DNA of 64,000 bases from Octopus vulgaris. Lineage: Eukaryota. Made by a program: the position numbers and the translations under genes. Positions 13,601 through 25,667 of the stretch are shown in pieces. A model generated the notes under the pieces. That model was not told where the DNA came from. It saw nothing but the letters and a program-made list of their open reading frames with translations, and did no database searches. Within the stretch, counting starts at the first letter, position 1; the number at the start of each line of letters is the position of its first letter. Location: the NCBI GenBank assembly GCA_951406725.2, contig OX597814.1, positions 33,728,001 through 33,792,000 of the forward strand, written 5' to 3'.

Positions 13601-14229
13601 AGAGAGAGAGAGAGAGTATGAGTGTATGCATTTTCATCACTGTTATAAAATGTGTACAAGATATTTTGTATGCAGATGTGTGTTGCTGCGTAAATGTCCT
13701 CATTCGAGAACATTGAGCTTTATAAACAATGTAACAAATTACACAATTGAAGAAATAAGGGAATGCACTGAGAGCTATTAAAGTTCACAGTAAGTTCACA
13801 AAGTACAGGGTGTGGTTGCAATTAAACAGTGAACGTATATTTTGAAATTCTATATCTTTCACCAGGTTATAATCACTTCACTGTCGAATATTACACAACT
13901 AATATTTCTATTGTTATTCTTTTTCAATCAATACTCTTTTAGCTTGTTTTAGTCATTTGACTGCGGCCATGCTGGAGCACCGCCTTTAGTCGAGCAAATC
14001 GACCCCAGGACTTATTCTTTGTAAGCCTAGTATTTATTCTATCAGTCTCTTTTGCCGAACCGCTACGTTACGGGGATGTAAACACACCAGCATCAGTTTG
14101 ACCACAGCTGGCAAGCCAGGGAGCTACACCAGATGCAAGTTTGATATGGCAGGGTTTCTATGGCTCAATGCCCTTCCTAATGCCAGCCACTTTACAGAGT
14201 GTGCTGTGTGGAACTCCACAGGCACTTTC

Positions 14230-14840
14230 CACTAATACTTTCATGCATACTCATATTGCCCATCAAATGGAGCATGTTTTCTGTATTTCGTTCCAATCTT
14301 CTCAAGTCCTCAGCATGCAAGGCCCCTGTCTTGCAACCATGCATTTCTAACCCAAATATCATACAATCTGCCCTTCACTCTTAGGAAGAAGATCTTTGTA
14401 GTCAACAGTGGTAGTAGCTCCCTGAATTTTCTCCAATCAGTTCTTACTTCAGCAACCATATTTTCAGAGCAACCACCTCCCTTGTTAATTACATCCAATA
14501 AATAACAAAAGCTATCAGCTACTAATGAGTTATATGGGAATTTGGGTGACTCAGTTTCTCATGGATACTGCTCCAGTGCATCCATCACATATGAAGCTTA
14601 CATTCTCAGATACTCCACCAGTGATTCCAGTATATCTCATGGGTCCATAGCTTACAAGTACAGCACATAAAATTTATACCTACACCTTTTCAATACATTG
14701 AGCAAGGCCCTTTTCTCTGAAGGTACTCGGGTCCTGTCTTCTTTCCTACTTATTAAAACCTTTGTCTATGCCAGATTTACTAAAACCTTTACATTTACCA
14801 GGATTACCTTAAGGTCCCTAATTCTAGGTTTAGCTTCCAT
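14230..14840 (-). mobile_element. Decayed RTE-clade LINE ORF fragment
   Basis: GGCSENMVAEVRTDWRKFRELLPLLTTK...LRVKGRLYD is typical of the post-RT region of RTE elements. Confidence 0.75.
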
Positions 14841-15184
14841 ACCTTGAAACAGATTAAGATACACACACATATATACATATTATATATATAAGATATTCTT
14901 GTTGCTTATTTTGATAAATATATATATATATATAATAAGCATCATCATCATCGTTTAATAACCGCTTTCCATGCTGGCATGGGTTAGACGGTTTGACAGA
15001 GGGCTGGTGAGCCAGAAGGTTGCACCAGGCTCCAATCCGATCTAGCAATGCTTCTACTGCAGGTTTTTATTTGCGGGGGTGGGGGGACAAAGGGAGGTCT
15101 TGCCGAGATACAAGCATGTAACCCAAACATTATTTAATATTTTTAATACAAGATGATATGGTGTGAAATGAAGATTTGAGTTTT

Positions 15185-15700
15185 TAAAAAATGACAAGAT
15201 AGTCACATTTGGAACGCTTTTAAAAGATGGGGTGGTCACAGTCGAAACACCTTTAAAAAGCAGAATGGTCACGTTTGGAACGCTTTTAAAAGACGGGATA
15301 GTCACGTTTGGAACGCTTTTAAAAGGCGGGTTAGTCACGTTTGGAAAGCTTTTAAAAGACCGGATAGTCACGTTTGGAGCGCTTTTAAAAGACGGGACAG
15401 TCACGTTTAGAACGTTTTTAAAAGACCGGATAGTCACATTTGGAGCGCTTTTAAAAGACGGGATAGTCACGTTTGGAGCGATTTTAAAAGACGGGATAGT
15501 TACGTTTGAAACACTTTCAAAAGACGGGATGGTCACGGTCGGAACGCTTTTTTGACAAGTTGTGGTGCACCTGAACACTGTATACAATAATTTCATTATA
15601 TTAACAGACGGAATGGTTGCGATCGAAACGCTTTTTTAAAATGGAATGGTCGCGGTCGGACGCTTTTAAAAGACAGAATGTTCATGCTTGAAACATCTTA
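15185..15700. repeat. 33-bp minisatellite (TTTAAAAGACGGGATAGTCACGTTTGGAACGCT), ~11 tandem units plus degenerate units
   Basis: Direct reading. It produces the 11-aa repeat ORFs on both strands. Degenerate units recur at ~17370-17620. Confidence 0.9.
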
Positions 15701-18700
15701 AATGAAAAATATTTTGGGAGATCTTTTTATATTCCATCTAGGAGTCTAAACGAGAGAAACCACCATTTTCTTTATTTGTAATGTATCACATTAGCCACTG
15801 TAAAGGCATTTACCGTTTAGTGTGTAATTTTAATGACTGTTATTTGTGTACATAACAAAGCCGAGCAGTCACATAACAACCCCGCCTGTTTTGGAGCTAG
15901 AAAACATGGGGCGATTATTGGAGGATCAAGTACATAAATAAATAAATAAATAAATAAATGAACTCGGTTGCCATGTGATATACCAAATACATATTAAATC
16001 AGAAGTAAAGTAAATGAGGTCACCTGCTGCTTACTTTCAATACTACAGCGAACCAAACGTCTTACTGAATGAAATGATATGTAAATATGACCAAACCATA
16101 TGGTAAGACTAAGCTGAATAAAAGATATATTACATATTCTCGTTTCATGCTTACGGTAATCATTTGAGATAAAAATAAAATAAAATAAATACAATAAGAA
16201 AAGAAAGAGTCCAGAGAAAGAACAGCGACCTGCATCGGCAAATATTACACAGACGAAGTTTCTTTTCCGGCCCAAACTGTTACTAAGCTGATACTATTTT
16301 TAAGACGGCAATGATTTTGGAGAGAATTCCCTCATTTTATCAGGCATTCCTACACAAATATAACTGTTTTAATTTCAAGAACTTTTTGCAGAATCTGAGT
16401 CTTTGATCTTCAAAAGCAAAAGTACGAAAACGGCTTTTTTTTTTTTTTTAATATATACAATAAGAATAATAAAGTTAAAAGCAGGGTTTTTATAAAAATA
16501 AATTAGTGCTTAAATTAAACAAAGTGCTGCTATTTCTAGTATGCCCGACAACGAGGTTTCCCTCGAATTCGTTCGGATGTGTGTTGGATATGCGTATCCT
16601 GTGGATGAATTTTAATTTTATTTCTATTTATTGATGGGTAAACGGCAAACTTTGTTGTCTAGTCCAAAAGCAACTTAAATCTAGCAGAGATAGTATCGAA
16701 GAGATTCCAAACTTGATCATTCAGGTGCGTGTGTGTATGTAGGAGGAGGTTCATTTTCCTGTGTCCGCTTTGAAAAACAGTAGATTGTAAATTAAGGCTG
16801 TCCTAGCAAATAAACTGTCCACATAAAGGTTGTACAGTTAGCTCGTCGGATTACGTACTTAGATTTCGTAAACAATGCTTTTCATACAAAGCTATTAGTT
16901 GTTTCAAGTAATCCTATACAATAGCGTCAGAAATTGTCTACTTTTGCAAGCGAATGTAATTATTTTTGATTTGTATGTTAAAACATGGGGGGTGGGGAAT
17001 CGGTATTAGTCGACATCATTCGCACGCGCGCGCTGAAATAGAAGGTGAATGACGTCGTTTCTGCATATCTGTAGACCAATACCGAAAGATCGCCTTTTTT
17101 TATGGATCGATTTCAGAGAAATTTGTTTGTTTATTTTCTATAACTCATTGATTTTTTGGCTTTTCCTAAACAGAACAGCAGGATATTGTGTAAGAACTAT
17201 GTTTAAAATATTGGAAATTAAAATTATCCAAATATGTTTCAAAAGTTCTTTTTGAAAAATAATCAGCTTCTGCCAAACTTTCCCGGCTCAAATTACTTTC
17301 ATTACAGAAAATGACAGAATGTCTTCAGTTATGAATATACACTGCTTTAACAACATCATACAACGTTTCTTTTTTAAAATGGTAGGGTGTGACATGAGGG
17401 ATATTTGGGATCAAAAACAGACGAGATTGTCGAGTTTGGAAGGTAGGATGAGCACGGATGGTCACGTTTGGAACGATTTTAAAAGACGAGATGGCCACGA
17501 ATGGAATGTAGGCATTCTTTCGTTAAAGAATGGTGGGATGGCATCTAATTTTTAAAAAGGAGGGTCACAGTTGGAATACTTTTAAAAAGATGGGATAGTC
17601 ACAATTGGAACGCCTTTAAAGATTTGTGCGTCAACGTGCATATGTTGTGTGAAGATTAAGATTGAATCAATCTAATTACAAAGAAACTGAAAAAAAAAAA
17701 AAGCAAAAAGGGGGCGATTAAACATCAGAAGATTGGGCGAAACCTACACCCCAGAACAAATGGCGTGTTAGCCGCGCCCCACGAATGGTGGAGCGATGAT
17801 GTGGTGGAGTGACCAGTGACACTCGCGCTAGCAGTCACCCCACTTTGCGGGACTCATGGCTCGGGTATTTTGCAGGAAAATTTTAGCTGATCAAAAATAA
17901 ACATTTCGAAGTGAAAAAAGTGTTTTAGTTTTTTTTTCTTTCTTGGGTTAATATAAACATTTTTTCGGCTATCTTGTTTTTTTTTCATAGGCAAAAAGAT
18001 GTTATATAAAAGATTATAATTTCTCTGAGAGACAACTGTCTTGTGCATTCGCCCTTGTCAACATCTGATATACTTGGAAAGTCAATAACCGCTACTTCAA
18101 TTTAAGCATTAAACATAGCTATATTTCAATAACGACCACGTCACAAAAATAAACTAGTGCATTCGGCTGTGCGCTAGTTTACGAATGAAAACATTCACAT
18201 TTTGAGCTGGAAAAATAATTTTTTGACAATACTTTCATTTTCATGTAATCTTGGAAAGCAAGAAGCTCGCAAGAAATTACGATTTTCAGTGAATGTGATA
18301 ATTTACGACGCTGCTGTATAAGATTACATTACGTCTCTTAGCGTATTTAACCATCATAATGGGGCTCCTATATATAATACAAACGTTTAAGTACAAAACG
18401 TGGATCGAATTATTCTCAATGAAAAATACAATGCTTATTTACTTGATCTCCGATACGCATCTACAAATTAACTTTAATTGAAAAGCGAAACTGGAGCACA
18501 GTTTTAAATATATATACGCAAAGTAACATAGAATGAAAGCATTTGTTAAGGATATGTGTCAACGAAATCATAATTAGAACTGCAGATTTTTAACAGTCAT
18601 TTAATTATGTTATAATGACAAAAAATTTCAATTAATTAATAAATAGAGAGAGCCAAACCTTTCACACGCTTCCATCTCGGTGAATATAAAGGGGATACAA

Positions 18701-19182
18701 CTCTTATGCAAGCTTATGTATTTATATATATATGTATGTATGCATGTGACAGGTGTGTGTATGTGTGTATATGTGTGTGTGATTGAGTGTAGATGAGTGT
18801 ATGTATTTATGTATGTATGGCTGTGTAAATGTGTGTATGTTATTGAGTGTGTGTATTTATGTATGTGTGTTTGTATTTGCGTGTGTTATAATTACATGAA
18901 ATTAATGAAAACACATCTTTCATAACATTTTATATTTAAAAATTAACCGTTAACTCTACGGACAGGCTCATCTGAAAGTCTTACTAAATAATGAGCAGAG
19001 GTCATCTACAGTCACCAATAACAGAAAAAATCATCCGACAGAATTCCACATGCCAATAGAAGAGGGTTCTTGCGTGATTACTCGAAGGGCTAGAAATAGC
19101 AGCAAAATCTATTTAATGCACAACAGAGCAGTCTTCGTTTCGCTGCCTTTTGCTAGACAGTCGTGTATGATTCGAAGGCCAA

Positions 19183-19270
19183 GGTAAAGAATACGCACAC
19201 CACCCGTTATCGGCGTCTAGGGTCAGGGTTAGGGTCACGCCAAAAACGGGTGGTGTGCGTATTCTATACC
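19183..19270. mobile_element. 88-bp hairpin mini-MITE with telomere-like core
   Basis: ~26-bp inverted repeats GGTAAAGAATACGCACACCACCCGTT / AACGGGTGGTGTGCGTATTCTATACC around TAGGGTCAGGGTTAGGGTCA. No TSD visible. Confidence 0.55.
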
Positions 19271-19471
19271 TCCACCGACTTGAAGATGCATATTGAATAG
19301 AACTTTAGCCAAAGCATTCCAGCCATGACCGTCCCGTGTTTTGGAGGAAAGGGGAGCTTGTTTTTGTTTTTCGTTTTTTTCTCAGCTAAGCGTAAGCATG
19401 GCTGTGTGGTTAAGAAGCTCGCATAGCGGCTTCGTCGTTTCAGATTCAGTCCCACAGCGGGGCACCTTGGA

Positions 19472-19787
19472 GGTACTACTTGAGAACAGTGGTCCCGGTG
19501 CGCGCACTCGCGTAGTCGCGCATCCGCGCTAGCTAATCGTGACTAATCGATCCTACAACGACTAGCTAGCAAAGTAAATAAAACACAAAATAAATAATTT
19601 TTTTACACAAAGTAAATAAAATTTGTTAAATAAAGTAAATAAAACACAAAAACACAAAGTAAATAATTTTTTAAAAAAATTAAATAACACAAAAACACAA
19701 AGTAAGGATCTACTAGTCATGACTAGCTAGCGCGGATGTGCGAGTATGCGAGTGCGCGCACCGGGACCACTGTTCTCAAGTAGTACT
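19472..19787. mobile_element. Mutator-like MITE, family A, inserted into a family 1 SINE
   Basis: ~80-bp TIRs GGTACTACTTGAGAACAGTGGTCCCGG... and a 9-bp TSD CACCTTGGA/CATCTTGGA. The SINE continues on both sides. Confidence 0.85.
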
Positions 19788-20091
19788 CATCTTGGACAAG
19801 CATCTTACTATAGACCCAGACTGACCAATGTCTTGTAAGCAGAATTGGTAGACGGACACTGTGTGGGGAAGTTCGTTGTATGTATCTATGTATGTATGTA
19901 TGTATGTATGTATGTGTGTGTGTGTGTCTGTGTGTGTGTGAATGTATATGTTTGGAACCCCACCACACACACATATACATACCCTGCTTGAGGGCGGTCT
20001 CCTATTTTACCGTCGTAAAATAAATTAAGAAAACAACTTTGCTTAAATTAATGCGAAGAAAATCAAGTATTTATCAATGATAAAGCACATA

Positions 20092-21382
20092 CGAGGGGCG
20101 TTCAATAAGTAATGCCCCTGACCCACTTCCCATAGCAGTAGAGCAACGAAACTTGGCACAGTTATTAGACTTTTTTTACATAGGAACCACCCAGAGTTAC
20201 GCATTTCTCCCATTGTTTGATGCAGCTCTGGAGACCGTTTTTGTAGAAGACCCCAGCTTGGTCCTCCAACCACGACGTGACTTCAGAAATCATGGCTGCA
20301 TCATCTGGGAAACGCTTTCCTTTCAAAAACAACTTCATGGCTGGGAAGAGGTGAAAATCAGAGGGTGAAAGGTCAGGAGAGTAGGGGGATGGGGGAGGAG
20401 TTCATAGCCGCACGCCTGTGCTTCTGATCTGGCGACACGCGAGTTGTGGACCGGAGCATTGTCTTGCAGGAGGAGGATGTCTTTGCTGATCTTGCCCCGC
20501 CTCTTGATTTTGATAGCTTCTCTTAATTTCCTCAAAAGTGAAGCATAATATGCTCCTGTAATTGTGGTATCCTTTGCCAGGAAATCTGTCATCACTACTC
20601 CGTCCTGATCCCAGAAGACTGTGAGCATGACTTTGCCAGTGGAGGGCTGCACCCTTGCCTTCTTTGGAGGAGGTGAGTCACGGTGCTTCCACTGCATTGA
20701 CTGGGCTTTGGTCTCTGGATCATATTGATGGACCCAGGTTTCATCCTGTGTAATCAGTCATTTGAAAAATTTTGACTCATCTTCTTGGCACATCTCCAAA
20801 TTCATCCTCGAGCACTCGACGCGTTCTTGCTTCTGGAAAGGTGTGAGCAGCCTGGGAATCCATCTGGCAGACACCTTTTGCATATGCAAATGGTCATGAA
20901 TGATAGTTTCCACAGATCCGGTACTAATCATAACCTCATGGGCTATTAGGCGAATAGTTATGCGTCGATCTTCCAAAATGGCTGCCTCAACTTGACGGAC
21001 AGATGCCTCATCAATGGCAGAAGGGGGCGACCAGATCTGGGAGCTGTTTCCACAGAGTTCCGACCATGTTTGAATTCACGATGCCAGCGTTTTACAAGGT
21101 CATATGATGGGGCATCATCACCATAAGTTACTTTCATTTCATCAAAAGTCTCCCGTTGTGTGCGTCCTTTCAAATACAAAAACCGGATCACTGCTTGACA
21201 CTCAACAGGCTCCATTTCACACTTGACTCAGTTCAAACACCTGTAAATCAGAAACCACAATTAATTCAGAGCTTTAATTTGCCACTTAATCTATAGATAT
21301 ATAAATAATTACACATGCAAAATTTCAGCTAGATCAAACAACTGCAAGTGGGTCAGAGGCATTACTTATTGAACGTCCCTCG
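20092..21382 (-). mobile_element. Full-length mariner (DD34D) transposon, 1291 bp
   Basis: TA-flanked ~37-bp TIRs CGAGGGGCGTTCAATAAGTAATGCCCCTGACCCACTT enclosing a transposase pseudogene. Confidence 0.95.
20165..21215 (-). pseudogene. Mariner transposase pseudogene (frameshifts and an in-frame stop)
   Basis: Three ORF pieces carry the mariner motifs WIPRLL, QDETW, KVMLTVFWD, LQDNAPVH and a frameshifted HPP(YSPDL). Ends EKCVTLGGSYVKKV*. Confidence 0.92.
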
Positions 21383-21934
21383 TACATATGAGGAAGTTTA
21401 TCACCAAATAAAAATTATAAGGCATATATGAATTGGTAGTAATATTCGACAGAAATGATTGTTGCCAACGGTCCAATTGTGCCAAATAAATTCTGTAAAG
21501 TACGAGTGAAATAATTCTCGGCTCGTCTCACACTGACGTTGTGTGTGTTTATTGAGCGAAAACACCTAAAAAGCTGTACTCTTTCACCACTCTTTCTCCC
21601 ACTTTCTTCTGTTGGCCTGCTCGCTTAGCCAGCGGGGTGGCGTCGTTCGAAGGCTAAAACAATGCGAACGCATTGTGACCAGCGATGTGTAGCAACATCT
21701 GATGGTCTGGTCTGGTCAGTCACGTGGTCACGTGATATATGTATATATACATTCTAAACTAACTATGACTTAACTATCCTCTCACACCGTCTCCGATTAA
21801 GGGATATTATAAATAAATATCCTAGAAACAGCTGTAAGACCTATCTATAAATGCTCTAATATCTACACAGCCTTGGGTTTTTATTATCTTATTATGCAAA
21901 AACCTCTTATATATGCATACAAACATACACACGC

Positions 21935-22006
<72 letters not shown>

Positions 22007-22138
22007 GCTAATATATACTTTTATACATATATATATGTGTGTGTATGTATATATGCATTTATACATTCATATATATATATATATACATATATAATGTATA
22101 CGAGAGATCTATACAAATCAAACTTTTATATATATATA

Positions 22139-22394
22139 AGATGGAGGCGGATATAGCACAAAAGTAAGTCTAAGACATTTCAATTTATGAAGGAGTTTAA
22201 TTTTAAAAATTATATAAAGACAATATTACCAATTTCGATGTATCTAAAAATTTATGAAAATTTTAAGTAAAAACAGTTAATCTTCTGTCTGGGAGTTATC
22301 GAAACCGGTAATATTTTCTTTATATAATGTTTTTATTAAACTCCCTCTTAAATTGAAATGTCTTAGACTTGCTTCTGTGCTATTCCCACCTCCA

Positions 22395-22398
<4 letters not shown>
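22139..22398. repeat. ~100-bp inverted repeat pair, PLE pLTR-like, with a partial hammerhead motif (CGAAACCGGTA)
   Basis: Arms ~22139-22238 and ~22298-22398 are reverse complements. The CTGANGA half is missing. Confidence 0.6.
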
Positions 22399-22462
<64 letters not shown>

Positions 22463-22616
22463 ATGTTTACAAATAACACGGAAAAAATAAATAGTTACCA
22501 AGGACGTAACAGCCTATTTATAAAAGTAGAAACTCCAGTTTTAGTTGAAACGTTTTTGTATGATATAGATAAATAAATAAATGGAGTTAAACGCAGGTGT
22601 TATTCAAATCTTTTTA

Positions 22617-22703
22617 TTTCCGACATATGTTTCGAAGAAAACATTGGTATTTTCCAGCAGGAATAAAATGGTGTAAAACAATGTAATCTTCTCATCAGGG
22701 AAA
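22617..22703 (-). ncRNA. Type I hammerhead ribozyme motif (left arm of the 22577-23298 inverted repeat)
   Basis: Minus strand TTTCC-CTGATGA-GAAGA...TCTTC-GAAA-CATAT-GTC-GGAAA. Confidence 0.75.
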
Positions 22704-23171
22704 GAAAGAAACCAAACACATCAATAAGACATTTTAACAGAATGTGATGGTTGCGTATATGATGAAGGGAACGCTAGCAAGTTTTAAAAAAAAAACCGTA
22801 AGTAGCTATAACGTCAAAGGTAGTTTATAGAAAGAGAAGGAGGGGAAAGAAAGAAATTAGCAGAAAACTAATAGTGGAGAGATATAGAGCGATAGGTGAA
22901 TAGGAATAAAGCTTCAAGGCATGGAAGTAGATATGCTTAATGGAAGTCAGACAGTCAAAGATCGAATTTTATAGAATGGTAGAAATCACTTATAGGAAAG
23001 AAAGGTATGTTTTTGCCAATGTTTCTCCTCCTCCTCTTTCTATAAACTACCTTTGACGTTATATCTACAAACAGTTTTTTAAAAAAAAAAACAACCTGCT
23101 AGCGTTCCCTTCATCATATACGCAACCATCACATCTGTTAAAACGTCTTTTTGATGTGTTTGGTTTCTTTC

Positions 23172-23258
23172 TTTCCCTGATGAGAAGATTGCATTGTTTT
23201 ACACCATTTTATTCCTGCTGGAAAAAACCAATGTTTTCTTCGAAACATATGTCGGAAG
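23172..23258 (+). ncRNA. Type I hammerhead ribozyme motif with palindromic stem III (PLE pLTR type)
   Basis: Stem I TTTCC/GGAAG; core CTGATGA 23177-83; long stem II GAAGA..GCATTG/CAATGT..TCTTC; GAAA 23242-45; CATATG; GTC cleavage triplet 23251-53. Confidence 0.8.
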
Positions 23259-23398
23259 TTAAAAAATTTGAATAACACCTGCGTCTAACTCCATTTATAT
23301 ATGTCTGTGTATTTATTATATGAGTGTGTTTGTGTGTCTGTGTGTCTGTGTCTGTGTGTCTGTGTCTGTGTGTCTGTGTGTGTGTGTCTGTGTGTGTG

Positions 23399-23682
23399 TG
23401 GAGGCGCAATGGCAGCGAACTCGCGGTTTCGATTCCCAGACCAGGCGTTGTGAGTGTTTATTGAGTGAAAACACCTAAAGCTCCACGAGGCTCCGACAGG
23501 GAGTGGTGGCGATCCATGCTGTACTCTTTTGCCACAACTTTCTCTCACTCTTTCTTCTGTTGGTCTGCTCGCTTAGCCAGCTGGGTGGTGTCATTTCAAG
23601 GCTAAAACAATGCGAAGCGCATTGTGACCAGCGATGTGTAGCAACATCTGATAGCCTGGTCGGTCACGGTGATCACGGTGAT
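23399..23682 (+). mobile_element. tRNA-derived SINE family 2 (tail type a)
   Basis: GGAGGCGCAATGG...GGTTTCGATTCC head and TTTATTGAGTGAAAACACCTAAAGCTCC core. The same tail occurs at 21600-21740. Confidence 0.75.
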
Positions 23683-23688
23683 ATATAT

Positions 23689-23743
<55 letters not shown>

Positions 23744-23858
23744 TGTGTCGAATCAATTGTCGTGATTAATAATAAATTCTCGTATATTCCATCTTCCGTC
23801 TTACATTTGCCATATATGTGTATACATATATGTATGTATATATGCAAACCTATACACA

Positions 23859-23898
<40 letters not shown>

Positions 23899-23957
23899 TA
23901 AATATATATATATGTGTGTGTGTGTGTCTGTGTGTGTGTACACACACATATGCATAC

Positions 23958-23989
<32 letters not shown>

Positions 23990-23990
23990 G

Positions 23991-24383
23991 CTTTTACTTG
24001 TTTTAGTCATTTGACTGCGGCCATGCTGGAGCACCGCCTTTAGTTGAGCAAATCGACTCCAGCACTTATTCTTTGTAAGCCTAGTACTTATTCTAACGGT
24101 CTCTTTTGCCGAACCGCTATGTTACGGTGGCGAAAACACACCACCATCGGTTGTCAAAAGATGGGGGGGGGGCACAGACACTCAAACATATATACACGCA
24201 TACATATATATACATACATATATGCGACGGGCTTCTTTCAGTTTCCGTCTACCAAATCCACTCACATGTCCTTGGTCGGCCCGAGGCTATAGTAGAAGAC
24301 ACTTGCCCGTAGTGCCACGCAATGGGACTGAACCTGAAACCATGTGACTTGTAAGCAAGCTACTTACCAGGAAGCCACTCCTG
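23991..24383 (-). mobile_element. SINE family 1 copy
   Basis: Reverse complement of the family 1 consensus. Confidence 0.8.
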
Positions 24384-24431
<48 letters not shown>

Positions 24432-24618
24432 CGGTATACAATGTTTACCAAAAAGGAAAACTGTAACCGTAATTAAGTGTTACCGAAGATGTTTGAAACA
24501 CCTACATTACCAAAGATAAGAACTAAACGCTCTAATGCCGCAGTCAAAGCACATAATTGTATACATGGGTGCTGACAGCCAGTAATCGCCCAGAGGTCTC
24601 TGTCAGCATGTACATATA

Positions 24619-24855
24619 CAGTGATCTTTCGCTACTTCGCGGTTCAACTATAGCGGATTCACGACTTCGCGGATTTTAAAGATATATATATTATATTTTA
24701 TATTTTATATTTCTATTTCCTTGTCTAATTATATTTACAATATATTTTGTATAATGCCTTTACTGTTATGTAATGGTGTAATAAAGTATTGATTGGGTAT
24801 CATCTGTTGGTTGATGTTTGATTGATTTAAGTATGTTTCTCCATTTTCTAATTTT

Positions 24856-24918
<63 letters not shown>

Positions 24919-25667
24919 TATATATCTTTATATATAAAAGTCAAGTTGTGTGTCTGTCTCCTACGATTTAGATTCCTAACTACTCATACATTTTGCGGTG
25001 CAGTTTAACCAAAACCGGGTATCTTACAGTCGTGATTCATATCGAGCCCTTCTGGGTATTAGCGCGCGTCTACAATGAGTCTACGATTTAAAAAAAAATT
25101 TACCATCATTTTTTTCTATTTTTAATGCAGTTTTTTTTTGGCTATTTTTTTGCTATAACTCTCTAAAAATGCTTATATAGTTATTTCCCTTACAAACCCG
25201 AGCAACGCCGGGCGATACTGCTAGTATATATATATATATATATTATGACGCCTAAAATTTTTCATTAAATCCATCAAAATATTAATAATACATATTATTT
25301 CCTAGTCTAGGAACAACAAAACAAGCGTAAAATAGCAAAAAAGCATATACAGGGGCATTTGAACTTAAGACGGGCTGTGATTGGTGCAATGGAGAGAGAC
25401 GACGAATCTCAGCTTTCTATTTTGTAATCTGGCCTGTGTAACAGTAACAAACTTTATTTTTTTAAATCTAAAGTGTTATTGCTTAACAGTTGTCCTTGTT
25501 ATTAATAGACTACTGTAATGGGTGGGTTATTAATAGTAAAGGGAGGGTTTTAAAAACCCAAATACACGTTAAATAAATACGATAAATATGGTGTCCCTAC
25601 TTCGCGGAAATTCAGTTATCGCGGCCGGTCTCGGAACCAATCTACAACGATAAACGAGGGATCACTG
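24619..25667. mobile_element. pogo/Tigger-like MITE containing a (TA)n tract and a Helitron
   Basis: TA-CAGTGATCTTTCG...CGAGGGATCACTG-TA termini and subterminal TTCGCGGA repeats. Confidence 0.7.
24925..25224 (+). mobile_element. Non-autonomous Helitron
   Basis: TC start inside (TA)n; hairpin CCCGAGCAACGCCGGG plus CTAG|T. Confidence 0.8.

Noticed and set aside
15185-15560. 33-bp repeat array as CRISPR
   Set aside because: Units are directly adjacent with no unique spacers, there are no cas genes, and the context is eukaryotic.
16140-16165. ATG ATT ACC|GTAAG (minus strand) as PNP coding exon 1
   Set aside because: The donor is phase 0, whereas the 6583 acceptor needs phase 2.
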